A stretch of 63,887 bases of DNA, filler included, from Octopus bimaculoides (Eukaryota), in the NCBI RefSeq assembly GCF_001194135.2. It is 8 parts of 6 records of this genome, joined end to end, with 100 filler letters (N's around TTAATTAATTAA, not from the genome) between each part and the next. Parts side by side here need not be neighbours in the genome. Positions count along the whole stretch, not along the records: positions 12,142 to 27,288 come from NC_068982.1; 7 more parts are not named here. One strand, given 5' to 3'. Positions 12,282 through 24,904 of this stretch are shown piece after piece. Position 1 is the first letter of the stretch. Every line of letters begins with the position of its first letter. Made by a program: the position numbers and the translations under genes. The notes beneath the pieces were generated by a model. It did not search any database, had not been told where the DNA came from, and saw nothing but the letters and a program-made list of their open reading frames with translations.

Positions 12282-13922
12282 TTACTAAATTCACATGCCT
12301 TTCTCCTTAACTAGAGAAGTAGTATTTGACTAGTGAAGTCGATTTTCCCACGACATTTGCCCCTAAAATGAGATATAAGGATAAAAAGAGTATTAACATG
12401 GGATTAAAGTACATTTAAGATATGCATACATGCAATTATCAATTTCTGTTAGTATTATTAAGAGGTAGAGGTGATGAAGCATTAGAAAAAAGTTATGCTA
12501 AGAAATGAATGACTTATAGTATTATTTAGTTGAGTCACATCATTTTATGATTTCAAATCTCGATGAAGTCGGCTTAAACTTTGCTTCCGGAATCGATAAA
12601 AAAAAGAATCGGTTATATACTAGTAGGAAATTCTGTCTTCTTGCTAATGAAATACTGTTTGTAAAATGTTGCGTAATAAAAAGAGAAGCAAAACTTAACA
12701 TTAAATACAATAATACATTGAATATCTTAATCATATAGTCAACGATTTTTTTTTTAAATGTTACATTAATGTGCAGATGATGGCATCTGAAAGTTAAAAT
12801 TATTTTATTTTTTTTACTATATGAGGCATTTGTAAAGATAAATTGCTATGAGCAATGTGTTCTTGCTTATATCATTACGCATGGATCTCATGATATACTT
12901 AGATCTTTTAAAGTTGAAACAGATTCAATATTCGTTACTAGTTGCTATTAAGGTCAGTTTTTTTTTTTTTTTACTTAACTATATAAAAATTGCAAAGGCA
13001 ATGTTCCGACTGTTTATTTCCAGGCTTTTTATTTCCTACAAATACTGCCTTTTCGATTAAGCTGTGAGTGTAAGATGCCTTACTCTGCAGCTATATATAG
13101 CTAAGGTCTCCGTCGGACAGTGTTGGTGATGTATCGGCTTCTCTTTGCGAAGGCCTAGTACTTTTTCGGAAGACCAACAGCTACTCATACTTCCAGTTAT
13201 CCCCTCTCTATGCCACTAGCGTGGTCCAAANNNNNNNNNNNNNNNNNNNNNNNNNNNNNNNNNNNNNNNNNNNNNNNNNNNNNNNNNNNNNNNNNNNNNN
13301 NNNNNNNNNNNNNNNNNNNNNNNNNNNNNNNNNNNNNNNNNNNNNNNNNNNNNNNNNNNNNNNNNNNNNNNNNNNNNNNNNNNNNNNNNNNNNNNNNNNN
13401 NNNNNNNNNAAGATTAATATTGTTTTTATCAACTCCGTAAAGATGAAAGATAAAGTTGATCTCACCAAGATTTGATTTCAGAGTACAACGAATTGGAGTA
13501 TATACCACGATGCGTTTTATGCGATATTCTCACAATCTGCCATTGCTTCTCTGTTTATTATGCAACATTTCATAAACTGTATTTCATTTACAAGAAGACA
13601 TACTAGTGTATAACCGATTTTTTTTATCAATTCCGGATGCAAAGTTTAAGCCGATTTCAATGAGATTTGAAATCATAAACTGATGCAACTAAACTAAATA
13701 CTATAAATCATTCATTTCTAAAGCTTCATCACCTCTACCTCTTAATAATACTAACAGGAACTGATAACTGCATGTATGCATATCTGTAAATGTACTTTAA
13801 TCCCTTCTTAATACTTTTTTTCATCCTTATATCTCATTTTAGAGCAAATGTCGTGGGAAAATCAAATTCAGTTGACAAATACTACTTCTCTAGTTAAGGA
13901 GAAAGGCATGTGAATTTAGTAA
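12282..13922. mobile_element. Long-TIR foldback element, or an inverted pair of one repeat
   Basis: 12282-12691 is the reverse complement of 13543-13922 with scattered mismatches and indels. Ends are ttactaaattcacatgcctttctccttaactagagaag / cttctctagttaaggagaaaggcatgtgaatttagtaa. Confidence 0.8.
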
Positions 13923-14409
13923 ACCTTCATGCATGTGTTTATACATGGATCTTACACACGCGCAGACACACACATACATAAACATTTTTATGTGAATATC
14001 TACGTGTGCACGCGCTTGTTTGTGTATATTATACGTATTTTTGTTTACCATTATAGATAGGTATTGTGTATATTATAGTAATGATAATGGTATGCAGAGG
14101 AAGCAATTGTACAATAGTTTCCAGCTGAAGAAAGCCACCATGGGGACAAGCACAGTTGCTGAAACCAGCTCATTGTGGCAAAGCTTGATAAGAGACCGCA
14201 AGTGAACTCCTGCTGCAGGCGAAGAGTAATTTAGTTCTCGCTGCTCCACTCAGGCGAAGCATACAGGTTAAGGAGTAAAAGCTCGTGACCCTTAAATACC
14301 TGCTGACGATCTGGAAGGGCTTCCAACAATGCGATGAATTTAGACGAGTTTGCAATACTTCCGAGTAGCTCCTGCAGTTTCTGCTCGGAACAGTTAAGGT
14401 GAAGTAACC

Positions 14410-14750
14410 ATCGCAGGTACTTAGAGCGTCGGGCTCACAAATCATGAAGTAGTGAATACGATTTTCAGGCCGGGCTGTGTGTTGTGTTCTTGAGCAAGAC
14501 ACTTTATTTCACATTGCTCCAGTTCACTCAGCTGTAGAAATGAGTTGCGATGTCACTAGTGCCAAGCTGTATCAGCTTTGCCTTTCCCTTGGATAAGATC
14601 GGTGGTGTGGAGAGGGGAGGCTGGTATGCATGGGTGACTGCTTGTCTTGCATGAGTAACCTTGCCCGGACTTGTGATTTGGAGGGTAACTTCCTAGGTGC
14701 AATCCCATGGTCATTATGACCGAACGGAGTCTTTTACTCTTTACCCTTTA
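14410..14750 (+). mobile_element. CORE-type SINE with a different 3' tail (B3)
   Basis: gtgttgtgttcttgagcaagacactttatttcacattgctccagttcactcagctgtagaaatgagt, followed by a tail not shared with the copy at 2092. Confidence 0.75.
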
Positions 14751-14762
14751 TACGAAGTGCTT

Positions 14763-14828
14763 CGTTGTATAATTGTTATTTACGTTGTATAATTGTTATT
14801 TACGTTGTATAATTGTTATTTACGTTAT
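14763..14828. repeat. 20-bp tandem repeat, about 3.3 copies
   Basis: Unit cgttgtataattgttattta. Confidence 0.9.
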
Positions 14829-15036
14829 GAAAGTGACTATTCGTGTTGACTCCTAAATGATGTGTGAACGTAAATTTTGGATGTTATGTAATGACTTTTT
14901 GACAGCTTTGACTGCATGACTTGCGTAGACAGAACGTTCGATTTACAGATAGTAATATCTGATACGATCCTACGTTTCACCGCTGGCAAGCTTTTTGGAG
15001 TTTGTGTATACATACATATGTACGTACATACATACA

Positions 15037-15068
<32 letters not shown>

Positions 15069-15100
15069 AGCATGTATGTATATATGTATGCATGTATGTG

Positions 15101-15136
15101 TGTGTATGTGTAATCTACGCATATATGTTTGTATGC

Positions 15137-15182
<46 letters not shown>

Positions 15183-15327
15183 GAGTAACACACGAAAGAA
15201 GGGCACTCAACACATTTATTGGGAGTGTGTATGTGTAATCTATGCATATATGTTTGTATGCATGTATATATATATATATATACGAGTAACAAACGAAAGA
15301 AGACCACTCAACACATTTATTGGGAGT
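15101..15327. repeat. Tandem duplication with a variable internal (TA)n
   Basis: Two copies of gtgtatgtgtaatcta.gcatatatgtttgtatgcatgt-(ta)n-cgagtaaca.acgaaagaag..cactcaacacatttattgggagt. Confidence 0.85.
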
Positions 15328-16408
15328 TGCAAGTATTGATCAAAACAGTTTGATTCAGAATCCTTGATACTTTGAGTTTCAAGTGCGTAGCTAGNNNNNN
15401 NNNNNNNNNNNNNNNNNNNNNNNNNNNNNNNNNNNNNNNNNNNNNNNNNNNNNNNNNNNNNNNNNNNNNNNNNNNNNNNNNNNNNNNNNNNNNNNNNNNN
15501 NNNNNNNNNNNNNNNNNNNNNNNNNNNNNNNNNNNNNNNNNNNNNNNNNNNNNNNNNNNNNNNNNNNNNNNNNNNNNNNNNNNNNNNNNNNNNNNNNNNN
15601 NNNNNNNNNNNNNNNNNNNNNNNNNNNNNNNNNNNNNNNNNNNNNNNNNNNNNNNNNNNNNNNNNNNNNNNNNNNNNNNNNNNNNNNNNNNNNNNNNNNN
15701 NNNNNNNNNNNNNNNNNNNNNNNNNNNNNNNNNNNNNNNNNNNNNNNNNNNNNNNNNNNNNNNNNNNNNNNNNNNNNNNNNNNNNNNNNNNNNNNNNNNN
15801 NNNNNNNNNNNNNNNNNNNNNNNNNNNNNNNNNNNNNNNNNNNNNNNNNNNNNNNNNNNNNNNNNNNNNNNNNNNNNNNNNNNNNNNNNNNNNNNNNNNN
15901 NNNNNNNNNNNNNNNNNNNNNNNNNNNNNNNNNNNNNNNNNNNNNNNNNNNNNNNNNNNNNNNNNNNNNNNNNNNNNNNNNNNNNNNNNNNNNNNNNNNN
16001 NNNNNNNNNNNNNNNNNNNNNNNNNNNNNNNNNNNNNNNNNNNNNNNNNNNNNNNNNNNNNNNNNNNNNNNNNNNNNNNNNNNNNNNNNNNNNNNNNNNN
16101 NNNNNNNNNNNNNNNNNNNNNNNNNNNNNNNNNNNNNNNNNNNNNNNNNNNNNNNNNNNNNNNNNNNNNNNNNNNNNNNNNNNNNNNNNNNNNNNNNNNN
16201 NNNNNNNNNNNNNNNNNNNNNNNNNNNNNNNNNNNNNNNNNNNNNNNNNNNNNNNNNNNNNNNNNNNNNNNNNNNNNNNNNNNNNNNNNNNNNNNNNNNN
16301 NNNNNNNNNNNNNNNNNNNNNNNNNNNNNNNNNNNNNNNNNNNNNNNNNNNNNNNNNNNATATATATACATATATATTTATAGACAGACATAGATGTTTT
16401 GCTCATAT

Positions 16409-16445
<37 letters not shown>

Positions 16446-16892
16446 AACAATATATGAGTATATGCATATATATATACATGTATGTACATACCTTCATCTA
16501 CATGTACACATAGATACATACCTGGGTACATGACGTTGCAAAAGAACATGGACAAAATGATAAACAAGGTACAACAAACAAGCAGGCCACATAGAGAACA
16601 TATCCTTCATCAGCTGCCACCATTAAAACACCGGCGTTTCGGGTTAAAAAAAGAAAAACGACAAAAAAACAACAACAAAAAACAACGCAATGACGTGATA
16701 CAGATATTGGGAAAGGAAATATATATATATATATATATATATCTGTCAATAAATATGTACAAACATATGTTTATGAGGTGTATTTATGCAATTATGTATA
16801 TATTTTAAGATACAAGAATTTGCATAAATGTGTTCGTTTGTAAGAATATCGCAGACAAAATACCACAGAGAGTAAATCTAGATATCAAATTT

Positions 16893-17043
16893 TGATTTCA
16901 ACTTTTGGCACAAGGCCAGCAACTTTGGGGTCAGGAATAAGTCGATCGTACCGACCCCAGTACTCAACTGATATTTATATTATCAGCCCCGAAAGGATGA
17001 AAGGTAAAGTCTACCTCGGAGGAACTTGAACTCAAAACGTAAA
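16893..17043 (-). mobile_element. SINE family A, partial
   Basis: ttttggcacaaggccagcaac...ccccgaaaggatgaaaggtaaagtctacctcgg..ttgaactc. Confidence 0.8.
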
Positions 17044-17059
17044 ATCTAGGTACTAAATA

Positions 17060-17258
17060 TATTCTTTTCTACACTAGGCACAAGGCCCGAAATTTGGGGG
17101 AGGGGGGGCTAGTCGATTAGAGCGCCCCAATACGCAACTGGTACTTAATTTATCAACCCGAAAGGACGAAGAGTAAAGTCAACCTCGGCGGAATTTAAAC
17201 TCAGAAGGTGAAGACAGACAAAATACCGCTAAGCATTTCCCCCGGCGTGCTAACGTTT
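17060..17258 (-). mobile_element. SINE family A, tail type 1
   Basis: ttttctacactaggcacaaggcccgaaatttgg ... ccggcgtgctaacgtttc. Confidence 0.9.
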
Positions 17259-17492
17259 CCTATTTCTTTACTGCCCAGAAGGGGCTACACACAGAGGGGA
17301 CAAACAAGGACAGACAAACGGATTAAGTCGATTGCATCGACTCCAGTGTGTAACTGGTACTTATTTAATCGACCTCGAAAGGATGAAAGGCAAAGTCGAT
17401 CTCGGCGGAATTTGAACTCAGAACATAGCGGCAGACGAAATACTGCTAGGCATTTTGCCCGGCGTGCCTACGTTTCTGCCAGCTCACCGCCT
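17259..17492 (-). mobile_element. SINE family A, full length, tail type 2
   Basis: Tail atttctttactgcccagaaggggcta..gggacaaacaaggacagacaaacggattaag; head ctgccagctcaccgcct. Confidence 0.9.
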
Positions 17493-17687
17493 TACTGAAT
17501 ATAAATATTATGGAATCAGGAGTTGTCGACGGTTTCGAACGAAGACCGTCCCGCAACTCCATGCAAATGTAATTATTATTTAGAATCATTTTAATTTCAT
17601 GTTCCTTGTAAATCAGACGGTCATTGGAGACCATCCAATCCCAGCCAAAATCCTGGATGCTCACACGTATATATACATAAGGGTTCC

Positions 17688-17887
17688 AACTTTTTGGCAG
17701 GTCAGAAATTTCGGGAAGGGAGTAAGTCGATTACATCAACCCCCGTGCTTGACTGGTACTTATTTTATCAAAAGAACGAAATGCAAAGTCGACCTCGGCG
17801 AAATTATGAACACAGAACGTATAAACGAACATACTGCCGTAAAGCATTTCTTCCGGCCTGCTAACGATCTTGCCAGCTCACCGCCTT
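17688..17887 (-). mobile_element. SINE family A
   Basis: gtaagtcgattacatcaacccc...gcaaagtcgacctcggcg...gccagctcaccgcct. Confidence 0.85.
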
Positions 17888-19029
17888 AACGCCTATATAT
17901 ACAATAGTGAGTCGAATAACGTCAACAATCAGAGATAAGCAATACAATTAGAACACAAAATCTCTTTTTAGCGGTGTTCAAAATATTAAAACAATAGGAA
18001 GGATATCTCTGCCCTTTGGATACGATAGTAGTGTGTTAACTACTGAAGAATAATCATCTAATTGTAATTTTTGAAAATGTAGAAAATGCAAAATGAAGTG
18101 GACTTTGCTTTTGGTCTAACTGGTGTACGGAACTCACATGACTCGGTATAACTGAATGTCTTCAGTGAAGTATATTCTACTTAGTTGACATAACTAAGAA
18201 TGATTAATATATAGAGACAAAGAATATCAGCAATTTGACAGCAAAGGAAAAATAACTCAAGAGAATGTTTGGTATTCTAAATGTAATTAGATCAGAAGTT
18301 CATATATTCAACATCTTTAGCATAGAGATCGCATCATTGGGGTATTTTCAAAAGTCATATCGTTGATACTTAATAATCAGCATCAAGATATATATTTATA
18401 TACACTTATATGCATAAACGATTATACATACATGTACACCTCTACTTTCAGACGTACTGACATCGATATGGCATGTTCCAATCTGAAAAGGAAATTCATT
18501 TTCATGACTCTAGCAACCATTCGCAGCGCTTCGGAGATCACCAGTTTCATATTATTATTTAGGTTCAAGGAAGAGCTAAAGCCTTTTGGCGGGGATATAT
18601 CATCTGTGGTCAAGAAATAACAACATTCTAAGCGATCGCTTGTCGAGGAGGTCAAAGTGTTTTACACACCATCAGACATGTTGTGTAGGAGAGCTTAATG
18701 TGTGTTTCTTACATACTTAGGGGAGGAAATTTCGGTAAGGATTTGGAGAACCGTATGATCATGTGCCTCCCAATGTCGGCAGCTTCACAGTCCTAGGACA
18801 CTGTTGGGAATCTCTTGCTGCGTGTATGGCAAGCGGTATAGGCAGGAGCCATTTCATAATGACACACACAGTATCCATCCATCTGTGCACCCACATTTAT
18901 ACATACATACACACACATGTATGTATGTATGTATGTATGTATGTATGCATGTTTGTTTATGCGTATAGATATGTGTCTGATTGTACGTGCTCGTACGTCT
19001 ACGTATCTATCTGTATGTATGTACTTATG

Positions 19030-19074
<45 letters not shown>

Positions 19075-19086
19075 AAAATAATAAAT

Positions 19087-19331
19087 GCGCCCTTTTAAAG
19101 CCTAGCCAGGCTCATGGGCCTGGTTTCCCGGTTTCAATGGCGTATGTGTTCCACAGCTGGACGGCACGCGAGTCCATCGCAGAGTTACTCATTTTTGCCA
19201 GCAGAGCGGACTGGAGCAACGTGAAATGAAGTGTTTTGCTCAAGAACACAACGCGTCGCCCGATCCAGGAATTGAAACCACAATCTTACGATCATGATGC
19301 TGACACCCTAACCACTAAGCCACGCGCCTCC
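19087..19331 (-). mobile_element. CORE-type SINE family B head and core, tail B2
   Basis: Reverse complement begins ggaggcgcgtggcttagtggttagggtgtc; CORE-like gtgttcttgagcaaaacacttcatttcacgttgctccagtcc; distinct tail ending ggctaggctttaaaagggc. Confidence 0.85.
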
Positions 19332-19374
19332 ACACACACACACACACATACATACATACATACATACATATAAG

Positions 19375-19495
19375 AGTGACTCCAGGTTCAGTCTCACTAT
19401 ATAGCACCTTGGGCCAGTGACCTCTATTACAGCCACGGGCCGACCAAAACCTTGTGAGTGGATTTAGTAGATGGAAAATGAAAGAAACCCGTCGT
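19375..19495 (+). mobile_element. SINE family C fragment
   Basis: ggttcagtctcact..gcaccttgggc...gggccgaccaaaaccttgtgagtggatttagtagatggaaaatgaaagaaacccgtcg. Confidence 0.75.
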
Positions 19496-19511
19496 ATATA
19501 TATATGCATAT

Positions 19512-19577
<66 letters not shown>

Positions 19578-19580
<3 letters not shown>

Positions 19581-19732
19581 TTCCAGAATTGCTTCGAATA
19601 GTGGAAAACACCCTTGGACTTATGTATGACTTCATATGGAGAATACTTTGAAGGCGATAGAAGTGTAAACATGTAAATCTAAGCGAATAAAACAATATTG
19701 CAATATTCCGGGTTTTTTGGGATACCCCCTCG
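19578..19732 (+). mobile_element. 3' end of a mariner element (same family as 39002-39922)
   Basis: Encodes EFQNCFE*WKTPLDLCMTSYGEYFEGD. Ends in the TIR attccgggttttttgggataccccctcg followed by TA. Confidence 0.85.
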
Positions 19733-19753
19733 TACATACATACATACATACAT

Positions 19754-19793
<40 letters not shown>

Positions 19794-20122
19794 ATGATTA
19801 GAAGAACAACAACAACAATAACAACGCCAAGTGTAGCATCACCATGTGTGGTTCGAACTCTGCGCTTGCTGTTAAACCATAACGTTTTGCTAACTCCTAA
19901 AATAAAGCAACATCATAACTTTGACGCACAAATTAGAATACTTAACCTAAGCTAAGGTTATACATACCAGCGGCCTGTCCACGGGGATCTCAGACCGCAT
20001 ATATCTAAAATAGAAGAAAACGCGAAATGTCCTAACGCTACCTCCGAAATTCGAACACTACGTCTGCTATAAAAAGTATAGCAGTGCAAATCCCTACACA
20101 AAAGGACCATCACAACTTTAAA

Positions 20123-20153
<31 letters not shown>

Positions 20154-20775
20154 AGTGAATATGGGTATATGTTTATGTGCGTGTATGTGTGAGTGTGCAT
20201 CTGTGTTTTGAGATATGAGAAAGGCAGCAGATTGCTGTAATTTCGGTGCCTGAAGCTTATAATCAATTCTTATCTTTATATTTAATCTATAACGTCATTT
20301 ATCTATTACACCCTGGCGCGCCTGGTTAGAAAACTAATCAATATATATTGTATGGTTGTGTCATTATATTTGTATCAATTGTTAGAATATATATGCTCGA
20401 CGGTCTGTTGATATAAATATGTTCACCGCTAGATAATATATCGAATGACCTTAAGAGAATTTATCTGGCTGGATAGTATTAATCTTAAACGACTATCAAT
20501 TTTCATGTAAAGAAACACCCGTCTCTATCTATCTCTTTTAAAACAAAGAAAATAAGCACACCAGGTTGGTGGTGACAGACGGTTTCTAAAAGACTTCAAA
20601 TGAAGGAGATACCAATCAAACCAAAGTTACAAACAATATGTTATGTTGCTCATTCGACACACCCACCGGATCGTTGTTTAAGAGCTTCTACGTAAAATAT
20701 TATTTATCATGCACACACTCACACAATCAAATACAAAGGCACGTAGATACATACACACACAGACGGCCGCACGCA

Positions 20776-20818
<43 letters not shown>

Positions 20819-20831
20819 TTATGTATGTACT

Positions 20832-20935
20832 CTTTTACTCTTTTACTCTGTTACTTGTTTCAGTCATCTGACTCGGCCATGCTGGAGCACCGCATTTAGT
20901 CGAGAAAATCGACCCCAAGACTTATTCTTTGTAAG
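20832..20935 (-). mobile_element. SINE C/D 3' module, cut by a gap
   Basis: ttacttgtttcagtcat..cggccatgctggagcaccgc.tttagtcgag..aatcgaccccaagacttattctttgtaag. Confidence 0.8.
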
Positions 20936-22214
20936 NNNNNNNNNNNNNNNNNNNNNNNNNNNNNNNNNNNNNNNNNNNNNNNNNNNNNNNNNNNNNNNNN
21001 NNNNNNNNNNNNNNNNNNNNNNNNNNNNNNNNNNNNNNNNNNNNNNNNNNNNNNNNNNNNNNNNNNNNNNNNNNNNNNNNNNNNNNNNNNNNNNNNNNNN
21101 NNNNNNNNNNNNNNNNNNNNNNNNNNNNNNNNNNNNNNNNNNNNNNNNNNNNNNNNNNNNNNNNNNNNNNNNNNNNNNNNNNNNNNNNNNNNNNNNNNNN
21201 NNNNNNNNNNNNNNNNNNNNNNNNNNNNNNNNNNNNNNNNNNNNNNNNNNNNNNNNNNNNNNNNNNNNNNNNNNNNNNNNNNNNNNNNNNNNNNNNNNNN
21301 NNNNNNNNNNNNNNNNNNNNNNNNNNNNNNNNNNNNNNNNNNNNNNNNNNNNNNNNNNNNNNNNNNNNNNNNNNNNNNNNNNNNNNNNNNNNNNNNNNNN
21401 NNNNNNNNNNNNNNNNNNNNNNNNNNNNNNNNNNNNNNNNNNNNNNNNNNNNNNNNNNNNNNNNNNNNNNNNNNNNNNNNNNNNNNNNNNNNNNNNNNNN
21501 NNNNNNNNNNNNNNNNNNNNNNNNNNNNNNNNNNNNNNNNNNNNNNNNNNNNNNNNNNNNNNNNNNNNNNNNNNNNNNNNNNNNNNNNNNNNNNNNNNNN
21601 NNNNNNNNNNNNNNNNNNNNNNNNNNNNNNNNNNNNNNNNNNNNNNNNNNNNNNNNNNNNNNNNNNNNNNNNNNNNNNNNNNNNNNNNGCGTGTGTGTGT
21701 GTGTGTGTGTGTGTGAATGTATGTATGTGTGTGTGTGAATGTATGTATGTGTGTGTGTGTGTGTGTGTGAATGTATGTATGTGTGTGTGTGTGAATGTAT
21801 GTATGTATGTATGTATGTGTGTATGTGTGTGTGTGTGTGTGTGTGTACATTAGCAGGCAATATGAAAACATAAACATACCGTTGAGAAATTTAACATGCG
21901 TGAGGTATATATACACACGTATTGTGTGTTTACACATACAGAAGACAAAGTATACAGATCCACGCATCCAATGACATCAAAGCTTGTACACTTGCATACA
22001 TATTCAATTACAACGTTTCTGTTGATGATGATGGTAGTCTCTCGTAGCTCGAAAATGACGGCTCTACAAGTTCTTGTAGAACAACCAGCACAAATGATTT
22101 GTTTAAAGTGATCAACTGTATATGCTATACATCAACTCACTCCCACCATTAAATCAAAATTGCCTGAAAAGAAGCACGTTGTTCTTCAAATCAGTTATCG
22201 AGGTGATCGCAGAG

Positions 22215-22331
22215 AAAAAGTGAGATGAATTGTTTTGCTCAAGGAAACAACGCATCACCGGGTCAGGGAATTGAAATCACGATCTCACGATCGTGAGTGC
22301 TACACCCTAACCACGAGGCCAGGTGCCCTCG
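22215..22331 (-). mobile_element. CORE-type SINE family B head fragment
   Basis: gttttgctcaaggaaacaacgc...ggaattgaaatcacgatc...accctaaccacgaggcc. Confidence 0.7.
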
Positions 22332-22861
22332 CATGCATGTTATATGCATACATATACTACATATATATCTGTGTGTGTATGTATCTCTCTCTCTCTCTCT
22401 CTCTCTTCTTGTTTTGCCTTTGTGAGTTACAAGTATTGCTATCTGTTGGAGTTTTAGCACTTTAGCTGCTATTTCTGAACTTCGGTATGTGGTGAAGCAA
22501 CTGTTGCTGTTCCCTTAATTATGTTTATATATATATATATATANNNNNNNNNNNNNNNNNNNNNNNNNNNNNNNNNNNNNNNNNNNNNNNNNNNNNNNNN
22601 NNNNNNNNNNNNNNNNNNNNNNNNNNNNNNNNNNNNNNNNNNNNNNNNNNNNNNNNNNNNNNNNNNNNNNNNNNNNNNNNNNNNNNNNNNNNNNNNNNNN
22701 NNNNNNNNNNNNNNNNNNNNNNNNNNNNNNNNNNNNNNNNNNNNNNNNNNNNNNNNNNNNNNNNNNNNNNNNNNNNNNNNNNNNNNNNNNNNNNNNNNNN
22801 NNNNNNNNNNNNNNNNNNNNNNTCTCCCACGATTACTTGACAACCGGTATTGCTTTATGTT

Positions 22862-23047
22862 TATGACTTCGTAAATTAGAGGTTCGGCAAAAACAGATCG
22901 ACAGGATAATTACGAAGCCTCAAAAAAAAAAAAAAAATTAATGAATAAATAATTTCTGCGGATTATTCGTTCGACTAAATCTTCAAGTCGGTGCCCCAGC
23001 ATGGCCGCAATCCGGGGACTGAAACATGTAAAAGATTGAAGAAGGAT
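22862..23047 (+). mobile_element. SINE C/D 3' module
   Basis: gaggttcggcaaaaacagatcgac...cggtgccccagcatggccgcaatcc..gactgaaacatgtaaaag. Confidence 0.75.
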
Positions 23048-24904
23048 AGTAGTGACTATATACTTCGTTGCATTTCTGCTGTCTTCAATTCTTGCCCTAG
23101 ATCATTATATTCGGTTTACACATACGTTATATACTTTGCTTGTTTCATTGTCAAACATGCTATTTTTTCTTTTCTCTGTCTCGCTCTTTTTTTTTTACTG
23201 TTTTGCTTTCTCTCTCTTTCACTACAATTTTAGGTCGTAGTTTCACTTTCGTAAATAATGTTATTTATGAGGTGCTCTGAGGTCAATGGACTGTTGCTAA
23301 TTGCGTCCCAACAGTCTTTCCAGTTAGTCAACTTTGCCTATATTGGAAAAGGAAGTATGTGTACAAAGTGTGTGAGATCAGCTCAGAGCTGCGGCCATGC
23401 TGATGCAACGCCGTTTTGCTACACTGCTATTACTGAGACCCTCCACCAATATGTGGCGCTTGGTGAAGAATGGAGTTTGATGTAGCTACCCTCATTTGCA
23501 CCTCTTGCCGTGAGGTAGGTTCATCTGGGACTCTCAACAAGAAGAGGTTTGCAGAATATAATAATTTTACGGTGGTCTTGTTGAAGATTTGCTTACATTT
23601 ACGCAGTCAAACTTTAAAGAAAATGCTTGTTAATGTGTTGCTACTGTGCAGTATTGAATAGGGTTGCAGATACTATAGTATTTTGCATTACATGTTCTAC
23701 TTTTGCTAATGATACTCTATTGCTTTCTGCGGATTAAGTTGCTTTTTACCTTTATAAGTATAGCACCAATAACTAAATTGCCCTATCAATAGCTACCAAC
23801 AAAGCAAATACGCTAGTTCGTCCACTCCCCCTACCTCATTTCTCACTGCTTCCAATCTCACCATCCGAACACACTAAACCGCAGCCTTTCCTACATCCGC
23901 TAAACCAAGCAATTCCAACCGTCGTATCATTTCTGCTTATAACTACCGATAGAAATAATTTCCATGTCTCTAGATCTATTTCCCCTCATCCTTCTTTGCA
24001 TCCGTTTTCTTCAAGTGTACGGCACCAACAATGTTCTCTGCCTCTTAAGTTTTACTGTTTCGTGTCTTTCCAGCTTCCTGTAACTCCTGGTAACATTTTG
24101 TCATATTAAGTATCTCTACACAGTATCTCCTTTACTCACAACAACGTTCTCCTCGCCCTCAAATACTTTGTGAATCACAGTATCACTTCCAAGCCTAGTA
24201 CATTTACTCAACTTTGATTCGTCAAACTGCTAATCTTTTTTGTGCAAGATCAGTCAACATATCTCTGCCCATAGCAAATAGGATGGATCCTAGCAACATG
24301 AACTTTTTAACTGGTCATTTTGACGTACACATGTCACAGTTCATCGGGGCCACTCCAGAGATAGTTCGCTTCCACCATCTGTGTCACTTTTAACCATTTG
24401 CTAGACAATTCTGTTTCTATCGACCAATGCAACCGCTGATACCACGACTTTTCATACACACCGCATTACGCTTATATAAATCCGGTCTTTCACACTCCTG
24501 ACAGACACACGCACACACATACGTATACACACTTACATATGCATATACAGAGTACATGCACAATCAATCTGCAAACACAAACACAATGTTATGTACTGTG
24601 GTTTTCTGTGTGTATGTGCGTGTTTTTAGAGGGGAAGTGAATACAAAGCCTTCCAGTGGACTTAAGCATTGTAAAACAAATGGACAGTAATGTCATCAAC
24701 TGAACGAAACAACGTTGATGCTTCAATTGAACGAAACAACGTTGACGCATCGGCTTATCGAAAGCTTACATTTTGCTTTACGAAGCATGCAACATTTAAC
24801 ATTAAACGTAATCTAACTCACCTGATGTCAATAAAAATACTTATAGTATCTCTGAATCCATTAAATTTATCATCTTTGTAAATAAAGATACGAGATTGTA
24901 TAAG

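Noticed and set aside
23260-24480. Possible minus-strand LINE 5' region/endonuclease remnant
   Set aside because: Only a faint motif (EIGSSEK*GRGSG) that I cannot support without a profile search.
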